Shown: positions 53,449 through 63,529, numbered from the stretch's first letter. The stretch is 64,000 bases of DNA from a virus (IMGVR_UViG_3300047457_000500:59488-123487), one strand, 5' to 3'. Numbers and translations: made by a program. The notes: generated from the sequence alone by a model not told the origin.

Positions 53449-54881
53449 CTAACTATCCTTGTGTTATATGTATTTTCCCAATTAACTATATCTGTTTCGT
53501 CATTAAGCAATGGTTGCCCTTTGATATTTAAACTAGTATTTAGTAATACTGGAACTCCAGTAAGCGTATACCAATTAGATAGTACAGCATATAAACCAGG
53601 ATGTTGCTTTTCATTTACTGTTTGAACTCTGGATGTTCCGTCTTTATGAACTACTGATGGAATCTTTTCAGGCTGTAAACATTTAACCGCATACTGCATA
53701 TACGGAGAAGTAAACTTCATATCAAACCATTTGCTTGCATGCTCCTCCATAACTACTGGTGCAAAGGGTCTAAATAGTTCCCTCTTCTTGATTAAATTAA
53801 CTTTATCTTTAATGTTAGGGTCTCTTGGATCTGCCAAAATTGATCTATTACCCAAAGCCCTTGGACCATATTCAGCCTTTCCAGTTGCTACTGCTGCTAC
53901 CTTGTTTCTAATTAATTCGGTAATTATTTCTGTTACTGGATACTCTCCGCCTAAATCATATCCAAGATATGGGGTTTGCCAATTTATATGATTACCGTAT
54001 GCAGCGGCTGCTGCACCAAGTGATGAACCAGCATCGCCTGGGTTTGGCATAATCCACACATTATCAAACATTCTCCAAAGCATAGTATTGGCAGAACAAT
54101 TTAGGGCACACCCACCCATAAACACAAGATTTTTTTCTCCAGTAAGTTTTTGTGCCATTGCCATAAAATTAACAAGTCTATCTTCGTATACTCTTTGTAC
54201 TGCTGCAGCAATGTCAAACTTATCCTGTTGTGATATCTCTATTCCCCAATCTAAAATTCCATTATGAAAAGCATACTTTTGTTCATGTATGTTTGGAAAA
54301 TATTCTTTTACTTTTATATAATACTTTGTCCAGTCACCGTAGGCAGCCATACCCATAAAAATATATTCTTCTTCGTTTGGTTTTAGTCCAACTAACTGAG
54401 TAAATGCTGAATAAAACAAACCGAAACTTAGTGGATAGTTTTGTTTATAAACTTGCCTAATGTTTGATCCATTACCAACCCAAACTGTTGAGGTATTATA
54501 TTCTCCGATTGCATCTAAAACAACTATGACTGCATTTTGAAAATTACTTGTGTAATAACCTGCTGCTGCATGAGAATAGTGATGGCTAAATGACTCTCTT
54601 GGAATCCATCTTAAATCTTTACGATCTAAATAATACGGCTTCCCCCCACCAAAACCACCACGAGTTGATATTCTTAATTTCTTTAACCACCTATTTTCAT
54701 AGTAAGCAACCCTATCTGGTTTACCAAACTGTAGAGCATAATCAATAATGCTATCATTATTAAACCAGTCATTTTTTTGTTTGCTAAATCTTTCTGCGTG
54801 TCCAGCAAACAGTATCTCACCATCCTCTATTAAAGAAATAGAGGCGTCATGTGTTGTTTCATTTATTCCAAGAATTTTCAT
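53445..54881 (-). CDS. Carbamoyltransferase (NodU/CmcH family)
   Basis: HDAS, ERFS..K, HHYSHA, DAIGE, GGCALN, EYGPRALG.RS and LNTSLN motifs; start MKILG. Confidence 0.92.
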   Translation of the reverse strand: MKILGINETTHDASISLIEDGEILFAGHAERFSKQKNDWFNNDSIIDYALQFGKPDRVAYYENRWLKKLRISTRGGFGGGKPYYLDRKDLRWIPRESFSHHYSHAAAGYYTSNFQNAVIVVLDAIGEYNTSTVWVGNGSNIRQVYKQNYPLSFGLFYSAFTQLVGLKPNEEEYIFMGMAAYGDWTKYYIKVKEYFPNIHEQKYAFHNGILDWGIEISQQDKFDIAAAVQRVYEDRLVNFMAMAQKLTGEKNLVFMGGCALNCSANTMLWRMFDNVWIMPNPGDAGSSLGAAAAAYGNHINWQTPYLGYDLGGEYPVTEIITELIRNKVAAVATGKAEYGPRALGNRSILADPRDPNIKDKVNLIKKRELFRPFAPVVMEEHASKWFDMKFTSPYMQYAVKCLQPEKIPSVVHKDGTSRVQTVNEKQHPGLYAVLSNWYTLTGVPVLLNTSLNIKGQPLLNDETDIVNWENTYNTRIVR

Positions 54882-55548
54882 ATCTGTCCTTAAATTGATT
54901 ATACCAGAACTGATGAATACTTTTTCCAGGGTGATGGTTGTCATCTCCGTGCAGGCTATCGCCATAGTATTCTATCTTATCAAAATCTGGAGACCTAAAC
55001 GTTTTAAACTGTTCAAGCATTTGATAATTTTTTTTATCTGCCCAAGAAGTAGATAAAAGAGTTATATTGTTTTTCTTACAATAATTTTCTAATATATAAT
55101 AATTATTATATATAAAATTATTTATAAAATCTTTTTTAATGTATCTAGATTCCCTATGTATTGGCGGTAGTAAAATAAAAATATAATTTGGCACCCCGTA
55201 AGACTCAACATACTTTATGGTATTAATAATAATTTCTATTATAGATCCGCCTGGTAAAGATATGTTAAAAAAGCCAGAGGTATTTTTAAAATCAGAATAT
55301 ACATTATATGCCCATGTATCTTCTATGTTTACCCCTATGCCAGCAGTTATAGAACATCCATTAAATAATATATGGGTTTTGCCTGTATGATCTTTTATTA
55401 ATTCATCACACCTAAGCCCCTTAGAATTTAATTTATAGACTATATCATTTTTGTCAATATGTTTTTTATAATCTGGCATGCCATCTTTATGCCAAAAGAT
55501 TGGCGCTATATCTGGATTGTCTAGTAAATAATTTTCATAAAATCGCAT
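54859..55548 (-). CDS. SGNH/GDSL-like protein
   Basis: NGCSITAG and DNHHPG motifs; start MRFYEN inferred from a TAATG overlap. Confidence 0.7.
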   Translation of the reverse strand: MRFYENYLLDNPDIAPIFWHKDGMPDYKKHIDKNDIVYKLNSKGLRCDELIKDHTGKTHILFNGCSITAGIGVNIEDTWAYNVYSDFKNTSGFFNISLPGGSIIEIIINTIKYVESYGVPNYIFILLPPIHRESRYIKKDFINNFIYNNYYILENYCKKNNITLLSTSWADKKNYQMLEQFKTFRSPDFDKIEYYGDSLHGDDNHHPGKSIHQFWYNQFKDRYENSWNK

Positions 55549-56219
55549 TATTCCTGGCCAGTCGACATTATTGGTGTCTTCATGTTGTGATACCAATGAG
55601 GCATTGAGTATCTAGTTCCATTTATAATTGGTGCAACTTCATGTATATAAAGATAGTTTGATGGGAAATAGATTATGCTACCAGGTTCTGGCTTCATTCT
55701 TACATTAGAATTAGGGAAGCATATTTCACCACCATCGTAATCATTATTTAGATACATAACTGTTGATAAAACTCTACTGCTAACTCCATGATCTTGATGC
55801 GCTGGTAAATAGCCACCCTTTTCATATCTTAATAAATGTATGCTGTATTCTCTTGATTTTATGTTTCTACCAGCAAAAGGGTATACTACATTTGCATAGT
55901 GGTTTGTTGCAGCATCTAATGCATCATAAAGTCTTTTAGATATATAGTGTTGCTCGTTATAGTAATAATCATTTGCTTTTACATCTTCTGGCTTAGGGAA
56001 AAATTTTTGCCAGCAAAAAGTTTCTAATGTTCCAGCACTTTCATTTTGCCAAGCATGCCAAGGCTTTACTTCAGTAAAGGAGTTGCCGTGTTCATTATTT
56101 TTATATTTTTCATCAATAGATGAAACAATATCAATAATTTCTTGAGGGTTTTTAAGTGCATTCTTATAATATACTAACCCTAAATCTAAAATTTCATAAT
56201 CATAGGTAGTTGAATTCAT
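55548..56219 (-). CDS. 2OG-Fe(II) prolyl hydroxylase-like oxygenase
   Basis: HQD, YLNNDYDGGE, HEV and GTRY motifs. Confidence 0.85.
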   Translation of the reverse strand: MNSTTYDYEILDLGLVYYKNALKNPQEIIDIVSSIDEKYKNNEHGNSFTEVKPWHAWQNESAGTLETFCWQKFFPKPEDVKANDYYYNEQHYISKRLYDALDAATNHYANVVYPFAGRNIKSREYSIHLLRYEKGGYLPAHQDHGVSSRVLSTVMYLNNDYDGGEICFPNSNVRMKPEPGSIIYFPSNYLYIHEVAPIINGTRYSMPHWYHNMKTPIMSTGQE

Positions 56220-56802
56220 GCTCTGGTGCCCTCCATCTTGGGTGTTTGTCTTCTCCTAAAAAGTCTGGATCTGAATACTGCGGTCTTGAAGTATGCATGT
56301 ATAGCGCAGTATATCTGTGACCAGATGTTACCTCTGTAATTCCATGTATATATTCACTGCCAGCACTTGGGAAAAATACTGCTGAATATCTTTTTGGTTG
56401 ATAAATAAAATCTTGGTTTGGGAAAAATATTTTTCCGCCTTCGTATTCTGGAGATTCATTGAGATATATAATTGTGCTCCACTCAATCCACGCCTCTGGG
56501 TCTTGTGCATCTAAATGTAGTGCACCTTTTGTCCCTGTCGTCCAATGAGATCCAAATGCCTTGAATACATATATGGGACTCTTGAAACCATTCAATTCCT
56601 TATGAACCTCGTTTGATTTGTCGCCATACTTTTTTAATATAGACATTACTGTTGGGTTGTAAGGCAATGATGTACCGCCGAACCTTTCCTTATAGTATTC
56701 TGGGTAAGGCAATCTAATAGCCGTAGGATCGTTTTGCTGCTGTATTAATGTTAGAGCATCTATAGGCTCTATAAAATTATCAATAATATGTATTCTGTGC
56801 AT
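56200..56802 (-). CDS. 2OG-Fe(II) prolyl hydroxylase-like oxygenase
   Basis: HLD, YLN..YEGG, HGI and GHRY motifs. Confidence 0.85.
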   Translation of the reverse strand: MHRIHIIDNFIEPIDALTLIQQQNDPTAIRLPYPEYYKERFGGTSLPYNPTVMSILKKYGDKSNEVHKELNGFKSPIYVFKAFGSHWTTGTKGALHLDAQDPEAWIEWSTIIYLNESPEYEGGKIFFPNQDFIYQPKRYSAVFFPSAGSEYIHGITEVTSGHRYTALYMHTSRPQYSDPDFLGEDKHPRWRAPEHEFNYL

Positions 56803-56829
56803 TTTTCCTCCTTATAACATTATACACTA

Positions 56830-57684
56830 TTAGTAAATATAGTGTAATCTGCCTATAAACTTTCTACCGTCTAACTTATCAAATGGGTTGTTGTAACAAT
56901 CGTACTCAACATCATTTGTTAAAAATGGTAGAGGGAATATAGAATCAATATTAATTTTATGATGATTTATAAAATCACTGACAGTCCTATTATTTCCCGA
57001 TTCAAAATATAAACTTTCTTCATTTTTTATTACTTTGATCATTTCATTATAATTATGATTTATAGAGTATGGAACGTACAGGGTATCTATAGAGTTTGTA
57101 CCTTCCAACGAATACAGATACTGTGGGCAAGAATATATGTCTACTCCCCTAGTAAACCAATATAAAGATAAATACTCTGATTCGCCACGATACTTTAAGA
57201 ATGTTGGATAGTTGGTGTTCCTAAACAACTCTGTTTTTAAAAATATAAAATCTTTATTCACTATCTGAGACAGCATAAAACTATCTGATTGGGTTGGATT
57301 ATTATATAAGAAAAAGTTATCATTAGTTATATTTGGATTCCCTTGTCCAGATATCACTGTATTATCTTTATAATTATCTATTAAGGTAGAGTCCCAATTT
57401 TCAGAAACAAATACGTTATCAGAAATTATTAACATAAAATCTTCTTTAACATCTTTTGTTGCTTCAAATCTATAGTGACATTGTCCATATGGGTGATCCC
57501 AAAACTTATGTCTGTATTTTACATTTTTAATTTCTTCATAATATGTATTTTTAATAATAGGTGTTTGGTCTATTATGTATATATTTATGATGTTATTTTT
57601 GGATGAATTTTCGTTCAGTCTTTTTACAACTTCCTTAAGAAGTTTTCCTTTATATGAATAAATTACAACTCCAATGCTACTCAT
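56830..57684 (-). CDS. GT-A glycosyltransferase, GT60 (hydroxyproline GlcNAc transferase)-like
   Basis: IGVVIYSYK, I..Q, G.C..R and ML.ISD...F..NWD..LI pattern. Confidence 0.5.
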   Translation of the reverse strand: MSSIGVVIYSYKGKLLKEVVKRLNENSSKNNIINIYIIDQTPIIKNTYYEEIKNVKYRHKFWDHPYGQCHYRFEATKDVKEDFMLIISDNVFVSENWDSTLIDNYKDNTVISGQGNPNITNDNFFLYNNPTQSDSFMLSQIVNKDFIFLKTELFRNTNYPTFLKYRGESEYLSLYWFTRGVDIYSCPQYLYSLEGTNSIDTLYVPYSINHNYNEMIKVIKNEESLYFESGNNRTVSDFINHHKINIDSIFPLPFLTNDVEYDCYNNPFDKLDGRKFIGRLHYIY

Positions 57685-58459
57685 CGTCGTGGTTTGCATC
57701 CTTTGAAAACATATTCTTTATTCCATAAATCTTTTTTCTCCATGTTGTTTTCTTGTAATATCCGTATAGCAATGATCTTCTGTCTTCTGCCTTTAATAAT
57801 TTTTTGTCCACAGCATCATAAGATTCATCTATACTCATTTCCCAATTATCTCTTTTAAATGGTATTATCTGCATAATTGGAGTACCTTTTGGTATAACTC
57901 CCTGAAATCCACGCTTTAAAAAGAAAGCAATAAATACTGGAAGGCCCCATATATCTGATTCAACAACTCCAGACATAGTATAAAATGGAAGGTCGTGCCT
58001 ATTCATTGGATGTGTTATTAGTACAGAATATCCAGGAGGTGTATCGTAAAACCAATTCATTCTAAACCCATAGTGCATAGGATGACAGTTATCTGGAACA
58101 ACTATATCATTGGTTGGTCTTTTATCTAAAAGCATTATGCTTCCATTCCAAGATAACTTAGGCCTTCCATCTGGATCCAACTCCACATGCAAATCATCTT
58201 CCAATAAATACATATATCCAGCGGTTAGTGCATCAAAAAATGGCAAACACATTTTTGTTGCAACTTGAGCACCATCTGAACCTAGGTGATTAACTGGGTT
58301 TAAATATCTGTCATCATTCCAGTTATCATGTTTTGCTAGACTCTTATACCATTCTGGAACATGTTTGACTGCTGGTTCTGGAGCAACCTGACATACAGAC
58401 CAGTGTGGTTGTGCATTTAGTGCTGGTGTAAATACTATATCTAGAGGCTGATCACTCAT
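57677..58459 (-). CDS. Hypothetical beta-strand protein, paralog A
   Basis: PEWYK, K.C.PF.D....GY, W...TPPGYS.L..HP and GTPI.QIIPFKR motifs. Confidence 0.7.
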   Translation of the reverse strand: MSDQPLDIVFTPALNAQPHWSVCQVAPEPAVKHVPEWYKSLAKHDNWNDDRYLNPVNHLGSDGAQVATKMCLPFFDALTAGYMYLLEDDLHVELDPDGRPKLSWNGSIMLLDKRPTNDIVVPDNCHPMHYGFRMNWFYDTPPGYSVLITHPMNRHDLPFYTMSGVVESDIWGLPVFIAFFLKRGFQGVIPKGTPIMQIIPFKRDNWEMSIDESYDAVDKKLLKAEDRRSLLYGYYKKTTWRKKIYGIKNMFSKDANHDDE

Positions 58460-59184
58460 CTAAATCTTTTCATGCTTCTGAATTTATTCTTATATCCATT
58501 GCTGAATGTTGATCTTAAATAAATTCTTTGATATCCTATTTCTTTTTTAACTTGTTCATGAGATACAACCTCTGACTCCCAGTCTTCTCTTTTCATAGGT
58601 ATAATCTGAACTAACGGAGTTCCCTGCTTTATTACTCCAACAAATCCCTTTTTAATAAAGAATGAGAAGTGTCCGTCAGTTATAAATTTATCTGTATCTA
58701 CAAAACCACCTACAGCCTTGAATGGTAAATCATCTTGATGATTAGGGTGTAATACTAAAGTGCTATATCCTTTTTCTGTTTTAAATGCCCAGAATGGCAT
58801 AATTCTAAATAGTTGTTTGTGATACATATCTGTGTCTACTGGATAATGATTGTATTGTTCTGGAGAATGAGTTGCAAACATGTCTGTACCAAATCTCTTC
58901 ATTGGGTTTGGGCACTGTATATTAAGTTTATTTGGATCACTTGCATCAATATAAACATCCATTGGTAGCGATAGGATATAACCTGCAGTCATCAAATCAA
59001 ACACTGGCATACATTTTTTAACCGTACCGTTGAAAGATCCAGAGGCTAGTCCTCGTTCCTCATCTACAGTAGCAGGCTGCTTCTTGTACCATTCTGGAAC
59101 AAACTTAGATGCTGGAACTGGCGGTGGCGTAAAGATTTCTGTATCTTCACTAAACGGGTAAAATTTTATCTTTCGTGAACTCAT
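58456..59184 (-). CDS. Hypothetical beta-strand protein, paralog B
   Basis: Same motif set as paralog A. Confidence 0.7.
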   Translation of the reverse strand: MSSRKIKFYPFSEDTEIFTPPPVPASKFVPEWYKKQPATVDEERGLASGSFNGTVKKCMPVFDLMTAGYILSLPMDVYIDASDPNKLNIQCPNPMKRFGTDMFATHSPEQYNHYPVDTDMYHKQLFRIMPFWAFKTEKGYSTLVLHPNHQDDLPFKAVGGFVDTDKFITDGHFSFFIKKGFVGVIKQGTPLVQIIPMKREDWESEVVSHEQVKKEIGYQRIYLRSTFSNGYKNKFRSMKRFR

Positions 59185-59857
59185 AAAACTCCTTAACTCT
59201 CTCTATTAACATTATATCAGTTGTTTGAACCTCAATATCAAACATTGGGGATTGCTTTCTTATTTTGCCAAATTCTTCATCGGACATGTGCGGTCCTAAA
59301 TTCTTAAAATGAAAATGAACGAAAGGAGGCTCTACTTCCGTTGTATTTATTGGTATATTGTTAAACCTCATAGACTCTTCATAAATATAAAATGGGCTGT
59401 CCTTTGGTTGTTTAAATGTTACATCTACATTATAATCAATAACCCAAGGCACATAAAATCTATAGATACCGTCAAAACAGTCAGGTGGCAAACTGTACTC
59501 TTTGTTAGAACTATAATATTGTCGTATCCAGGGTCTGTCTATGTTATAAAATTGCCCACTTCTTCTATAATGATCGATCAATAAAAACATTTCGGCATGA
59601 TTTCCCTGCCTAAGTATAAATCCATTATCATTAATAGAAACTAGGCTGGGTGGGGGATATAGCGTAGCAACATAATGATTTATTGGCTTTAATATAGAGT
59701 TCTTAAATAATTCATTTTCTTTTACTGGGATATAAGAAAGCCATCTTTTATAAGGGACTGCTATTTTATTTATATATAAAAAACTTTCAGATTTTGAGTT
59801 TTCCCAAAGATCCCAGTCCTTCTTAAACTCAGTAAGCATCTCATCGTGCTGGCTCAA
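59150..59857 (-). CDS. Hypothetical protein
   Basis: Operon-coupled ORF; the true start may be 59839. Confidence 0.55.
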   Translation of the reverse strand: MSQHDEMLTEFKKDWDLWENSKSESFLYINKIAVPYKRWLSYIPVKENELFKNSILKPINHYVATLYPPPSLVSINDNGFILRQGNHAEMFLLIDHYRRSGQFYNIDRPWIRQYYSSNKEYSLPPDCFDGIYRFYVPWVIDYNVDVTFKQPKDSPFYIYEESMRFNNIPINTTEVEPPFVHFHFKNLGPHMSDEEFGKIRKQSPMFDIEVQTTDIMLIERVKEFYEFTKDKILPV

Positions 59858-61400
59858 TCTTTATCACATCCCCAAAACTTCCTGACTCAACCACAGTTAT
59901 TCTAATTCCATTATACACTGCAGTTTCTCCTAATTTTAAAGACGCATTAGAGTTTTGTCCAGGAGATTTATTGTCCATGTTTGATGCTTGTATCATTTTT
60001 TTATTTTCTGGTAAAACTAATCTTATGCCATCTGCATGTGAAGTTAATGATGTATTTACAACATAAACCAAAGCGCCCTCAGAAACTTTCGGTAACTTAT
60101 AGTTAATACCTTCAGACCTTTGCGATTCAATTACTATAGCCCTTTGTCTATCTATTGGAATAATTATTGACTTACTTCTTGTACTTTTAACTGTAGATGG
60201 AGATATATATGCAACAGATTCACGATTTTTATCTAAACATATAACTTGTGAGTCAGAAATATATCCAGCGATCCACTTATGCCAAGTCAAAAGATCATAG
60301 GCTGATGCCCAGTTAATAAGTCCCCACCATTGAGGAGAATCTGGCTGAGAGTGACTGTTATCGTCAAAGCCAATACCGACATGCATTAACTCATGAATCC
60401 ACCAAGTAGGGAAAGAGAAATTTCTTTCTTGTGCAATATTGCCACCACTTGGCATAACAGAAATAGTAACAGGACCCTCATTTGTTCTTATTGTACCAAT
60501 TCCTACCTGATCACCAACTATTTTATTAGTGGATGGAGGAAATAAAACTAGCACAATGTGTGATCCAGAAAAATTAATCTGAGAATCTACAGCCTTTATC
60601 AAATCAGAAGAAAATCTTTGTGCATCTGATTGCTTTCTGTCATGTATTAAATTATAAGAAGATATGTTTCCAGGAAAATACAAATAGTTATCTGGTACTC
60701 TTATCTGTATATTTGAACCATTATCTGATGCCTGCTTTGTCCAATCAACAAGAAAGTCAAAATATTTTTTAAAATCATCAGATGGCTTAGTATTTGAATT
60801 TGGAATATCATTGGAATACAAAGGAATTACCTGATACACCGTATTTGGAGAAGGATGCTTTAGGTTTTCTGACCAAAACTTATCAGCATCTTTAAACCCT
60901 ATAGTATTTTGTTTTTGTGGATTGTGGTTTAATTTACATTCTGAAATATTATTAGCAATAAAACTATTCTGTGTTTTAGGAACAGATGTTAACTCTGAAG
61001 TAGATGGTACTCTAAACGGACTAAGGCATCCGCCTCCATTAATATGCTTTCTCTCAAAGTCTTTCCACTCAGCAGGGGTATTGGGATCTAATTCGCATGG
61101 ACTTGAAAAATATTTTTTATTTGTAGAAACCTCAACATTAGTTGGAGTAGGTGTTGGGGTTATTGTTGTATTTGTAACTGGAGTCTTTTTAATTGCCCAT
61201 CTGTATGTAGATCCGTCTTTTAGGCAAATTCTATTTTTTTCTACTTTGCCCACTTTTGATTTTGGGCATGCGGTTCTAGTTATTGTGTAATCAGTTACAT
61301 TATTTTGAGCAACTGGCATTTGAGTTGGCAATACAATAGATGCTGCTGCTACTGCAGATATACTTACAAGATACACTTTAGATGAACGTCCTAACTTCAT
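59841..61400 (-). CDS. Secreted zinc metalloprotease (M6-like)
   Basis: Signal peptide, Cys-pair N-terminal module, PT linker, HELMH zinc motif, GALVY.V. Confidence 0.75.
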   Translation of the reverse strand: MKLGRSSKVYLVSISAVAAASIVLPTQMPVAQNNVTDYTITRTACPKSKVGKVEKNRICLKDGSTYRWAIKKTPVTNTTITPTPTPTNVEVSTNKKYFSSPCELDPNTPAEWKDFERKHINGGGCLSPFRVPSTSELTSVPKTQNSFIANNISECKLNHNPQKQNTIGFKDADKFWSENLKHPSPNTVYQVIPLYSNDIPNSNTKPSDDFKKYFDFLVDWTKQASDNGSNIQIRVPDNYLYFPGNISSYNLIHDRKQSDAQRFSSDLIKAVDSQINFSGSHIVLVLFPPSTNKIVGDQVGIGTIRTNEGPVTISVMPSGGNIAQERNFSFPTWWIHELMHVGIGFDDNSHSQPDSPQWWGLINWASAYDLLTWHKWIAGYISDSQVICLDKNRESVAYISPSTVKSTRSKSIIIPIDRQRAIVIESQRSEGINYKLPKVSEGALVYVVNTSLTSHADGIRLVLPENKKMIQASNMDNKSPGQNSNASLKLGETAVYNGIRITVVESGSFGDVIKIEPAR

Positions 61401-61464
61401 ATATATATGGGATGCCTTATGCTTCCCACTCCTTTAACTTGTTTAATATATATTTAGTATACAT

Positions 61465-61998
61465 CTAAATACTCAATATGTCAATTGGACCTTTACAGGA
61501 CATTGAATGATTTATTGCAGCATTTACTGCAAGCACAGACCTTTTCCTTGCATCTTTTTGTTTTTGTGTTGAATATAAAGATCCTAATGCTATATCTCCG
61601 CCAGAACCCATTGCCAGATAATCTTGTTCATATTGTGTTAAAGACATATCTCCTGCATTATGTTCGTATATTTTTCCACGCACACAAATTATCATTCCAA
61701 AATCTGATGATGGTGAAGTGTCTACCCACCATTCTTCATAAAACTTACGTAATGCTTTTAAGAATTTACTATACATAAATTTATCAATACTGCCACGACC
61801 TTCGTATGCTGGAGGAACAAACAAATGCTTTATTCTATCTCCATCCATTGATCCTGCATATCCAAAAAGGTACCCTTCTTTTTTCCATATCTTAGGACTT
61901 GAACAAACATTAATAACGTTATCGTCTGAAACGCCACGATCTCCAGCCATCCAGATTTTATTATTTGCCTTATCACGAACGACTGCTATGCAAGTCAT
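61465..61998 (-). CDS. HslV/proteasome-like Ntn-hydrolase
   Basis: N-terminal Thr (MTCI), AGD, K33-like PKI and AMGSG motifs. Confidence 0.8.
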   Translation of the reverse strand: MTCIAVVRDKANNKIWMAGDRGVSDDNVINVCSSPKIWKKEGYLFGYAGSMDGDRIKHLFVPPAYEGRGSIDKFMYSKFLKALRKFYEEWWVDTSPSSDFGMIICVRGKIYEHNAGDMSLTQYEQDYLAMGSGGDIALGSLYSTQKQKDARKRSVLAVNAAINHSMSCKGPIDILSI

Positions 61999-62054
61999 TA
62001 AAGTACCTTTCTGTGTTTAGTATTTAGTATATCATTGAAATAAAAAAGTGTCAA

Positions 62055-62648
62055 CTAATTAATAGTTTGTCCACATTCTGGACATGTCTTATGCTTTTTA
62101 GCAGTCTTATTAGGCTTTGTAGGCTCATCAGATTTCTTTACTGCTGCCCCTCCAAACTTTGGACGACCAAAGCCTACTATAGAAATCATTACATTCTTTT
62201 TATTTTTCTTATAGGCACGAAGTTGTTTACAAACCTCTCCACCATTTCTCTGGCTGCCCTTTTTATTGCTTGAAGTATTACCTTCAATGCACCATACAGT
62301 ACCATCTTCATTGTCTTCAATAACAATACCTACGTGAGAAATTCTATCGACACCGTCTGAAGGGAAATCAAAATAGGCGATATCCCCTGGCTCTGGATCT
62401 GCTACATCTCCGTCAATCCATGCGCCAGCCTTTTTAAATGCTGCTGCGCCACTTGGAGTATAAACAGTATTAGGAACTTTTACGCCTGCCTCATTTGCAC
62501 ACCACATAACAAATGAGCCACACCATGGTTGAAAATTGGCCTTAGCAAACTTACCATATTTAGTCTCATTATCTTTTGGACCTTCAATAGTTCCAACTTC
62601 GCCCTTGGCTACCTCAATTAATTTTTCTGCAGTTCCCATTTCTGCCAT
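62055..62648 (-). CDS. CHAP-domain endolysin
   Basis: PWCGSFV, HVGIV and IEGNT motifs. Confidence 0.88.
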   Translation of the reverse strand: MAEMGTAEKLIEVAKGEVGTIEGPKDNETKYGKFAKANFQPWCGSFVMWCANEAGVKVPNTVYTPSGAAAFKKAGAWIDGDVADPEPGDIAYFDFPSDGVDRISHVGIVIEDNEDGTVWCIEGNTSSNKKGSQRNGGEVCKQLRAYKKNKKNVMISIVGFGRPKFGGAAVKKSDEPTKPNKTAKKHKTCPECGQTIN

Positions 62649-62650
62649 GA

Positions 62651-63094
62651 TTATTCCTTATCCCAATTAGTATCTATTGGTTGCTCTTCTGGCATAGCGC
62701 CATCTGGTTTCTTTGCAAGTCTTGCTCTTACTTCGTCAAGTTCTGCGTCAAGTTTATCTTCAGCCATTCTAATTTCAGATTCTAACTTTTTATCTGCCTG
62801 AGTATTTTTAGCATCTACCTCTTTATTTGCAACCTGTGCTGCCATAACATCTTTAGCACCTGATTGACCAATTAATAAACCAGCAAGTGTTCCTGTAATA
62901 AATGTTGCAACTGATCCCAAAACATTAAAGAACATCTTGTCATTTTCTGACTGTGCTCCGATAGGCTGTGTTACAAATATAAGAGCATACAAAATTCCTA
63001 ATGCTGTAAAAAGAAGGATTGCTCCAAGTGTACAACCAAGAATAAACTTTAGTCGTGCATCAAGATCCTGTGGTGTTAATCGTTGCTTAGACAT
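62651..63094 (-). CDS. Two-TM membrane protein with a coiled-coil tail (holin/lysis accessory)
   Basis: Two hydrophobic helices; adjacent to the endolysin. Confidence 0.6.
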   Translation of the reverse strand: MSKQRLTPQDLDARLKFILGCTLGAILLFTALGILYALIFVTQPIGAQSENDKMFFNVLGSVATFITGTLAGLLIGQSGAKDVMAAQVANKEVDAKNTQADKKLESEIRMAEDKLDAELDEVRARLAKKPDGAMPEEQPIDTNWDKE

Positions 63095-63306
63095 TACTTA
63101 CCTTTCGTTTTCTGATACTCTTTCCAAGTATCTTTTCCAATTATATCTCTTGTGCATGTTCCAGTAGTCTCACATATTGGAACATTACACTCTGCCTTAT
63201 CCCAGTTGGCTGGGTCCTGGCAAGGGTAGCGATAATGACCGTCATACCCGCAGCCAGAAAGGCCTAATATAAGTATACACGATAATAAAATATGACGAAT
63301 CTTCAT
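63094..63306 (-). CDS. Small Cys-rich lipoprotein
   Basis: Lipobox LSGC; RYPCQDP.NW...EC..P.C...GTC. Confidence 0.75.
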   Translation of the reverse strand: MKIRHILLSCILILGLSGCGYDGHYRYPCQDPANWDKAECNVPICETTGTCTRDIIGKDTWKEYQKTKGK

Positions 63307-63318
63307 ATTGTTATTATA

Positions 63319-63528
63319 CTATTCTTTTTCTTCACGAAGCGGAATGGTAATAAGCCATAGGGCTATTGATATTAATGTGGCTACCCCAACTACCTGCTGT
63401 GCGGTACCTGTAAGGGTAAGCCAAGCAATAAAGAAACCAAGGATAGTAAATACCTGGGCTATGCTTTCAATAATAGCAGCCTTAAACCACTTAAATAGTC
63501 CTTTAACTACCTTATTAATCATGTTCAT
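63319..63528 (-). CDS. Small membrane protein
   Basis: Two TM helices. Confidence 0.6.
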   Translation of the reverse strand: MNMINKVVKGLFKWFKAAIIESIAQVFTILGFFIAWLTLTGTAQQVVGVATLISIALWLITIPLREEKE

Positions 63529-63529
63529 A

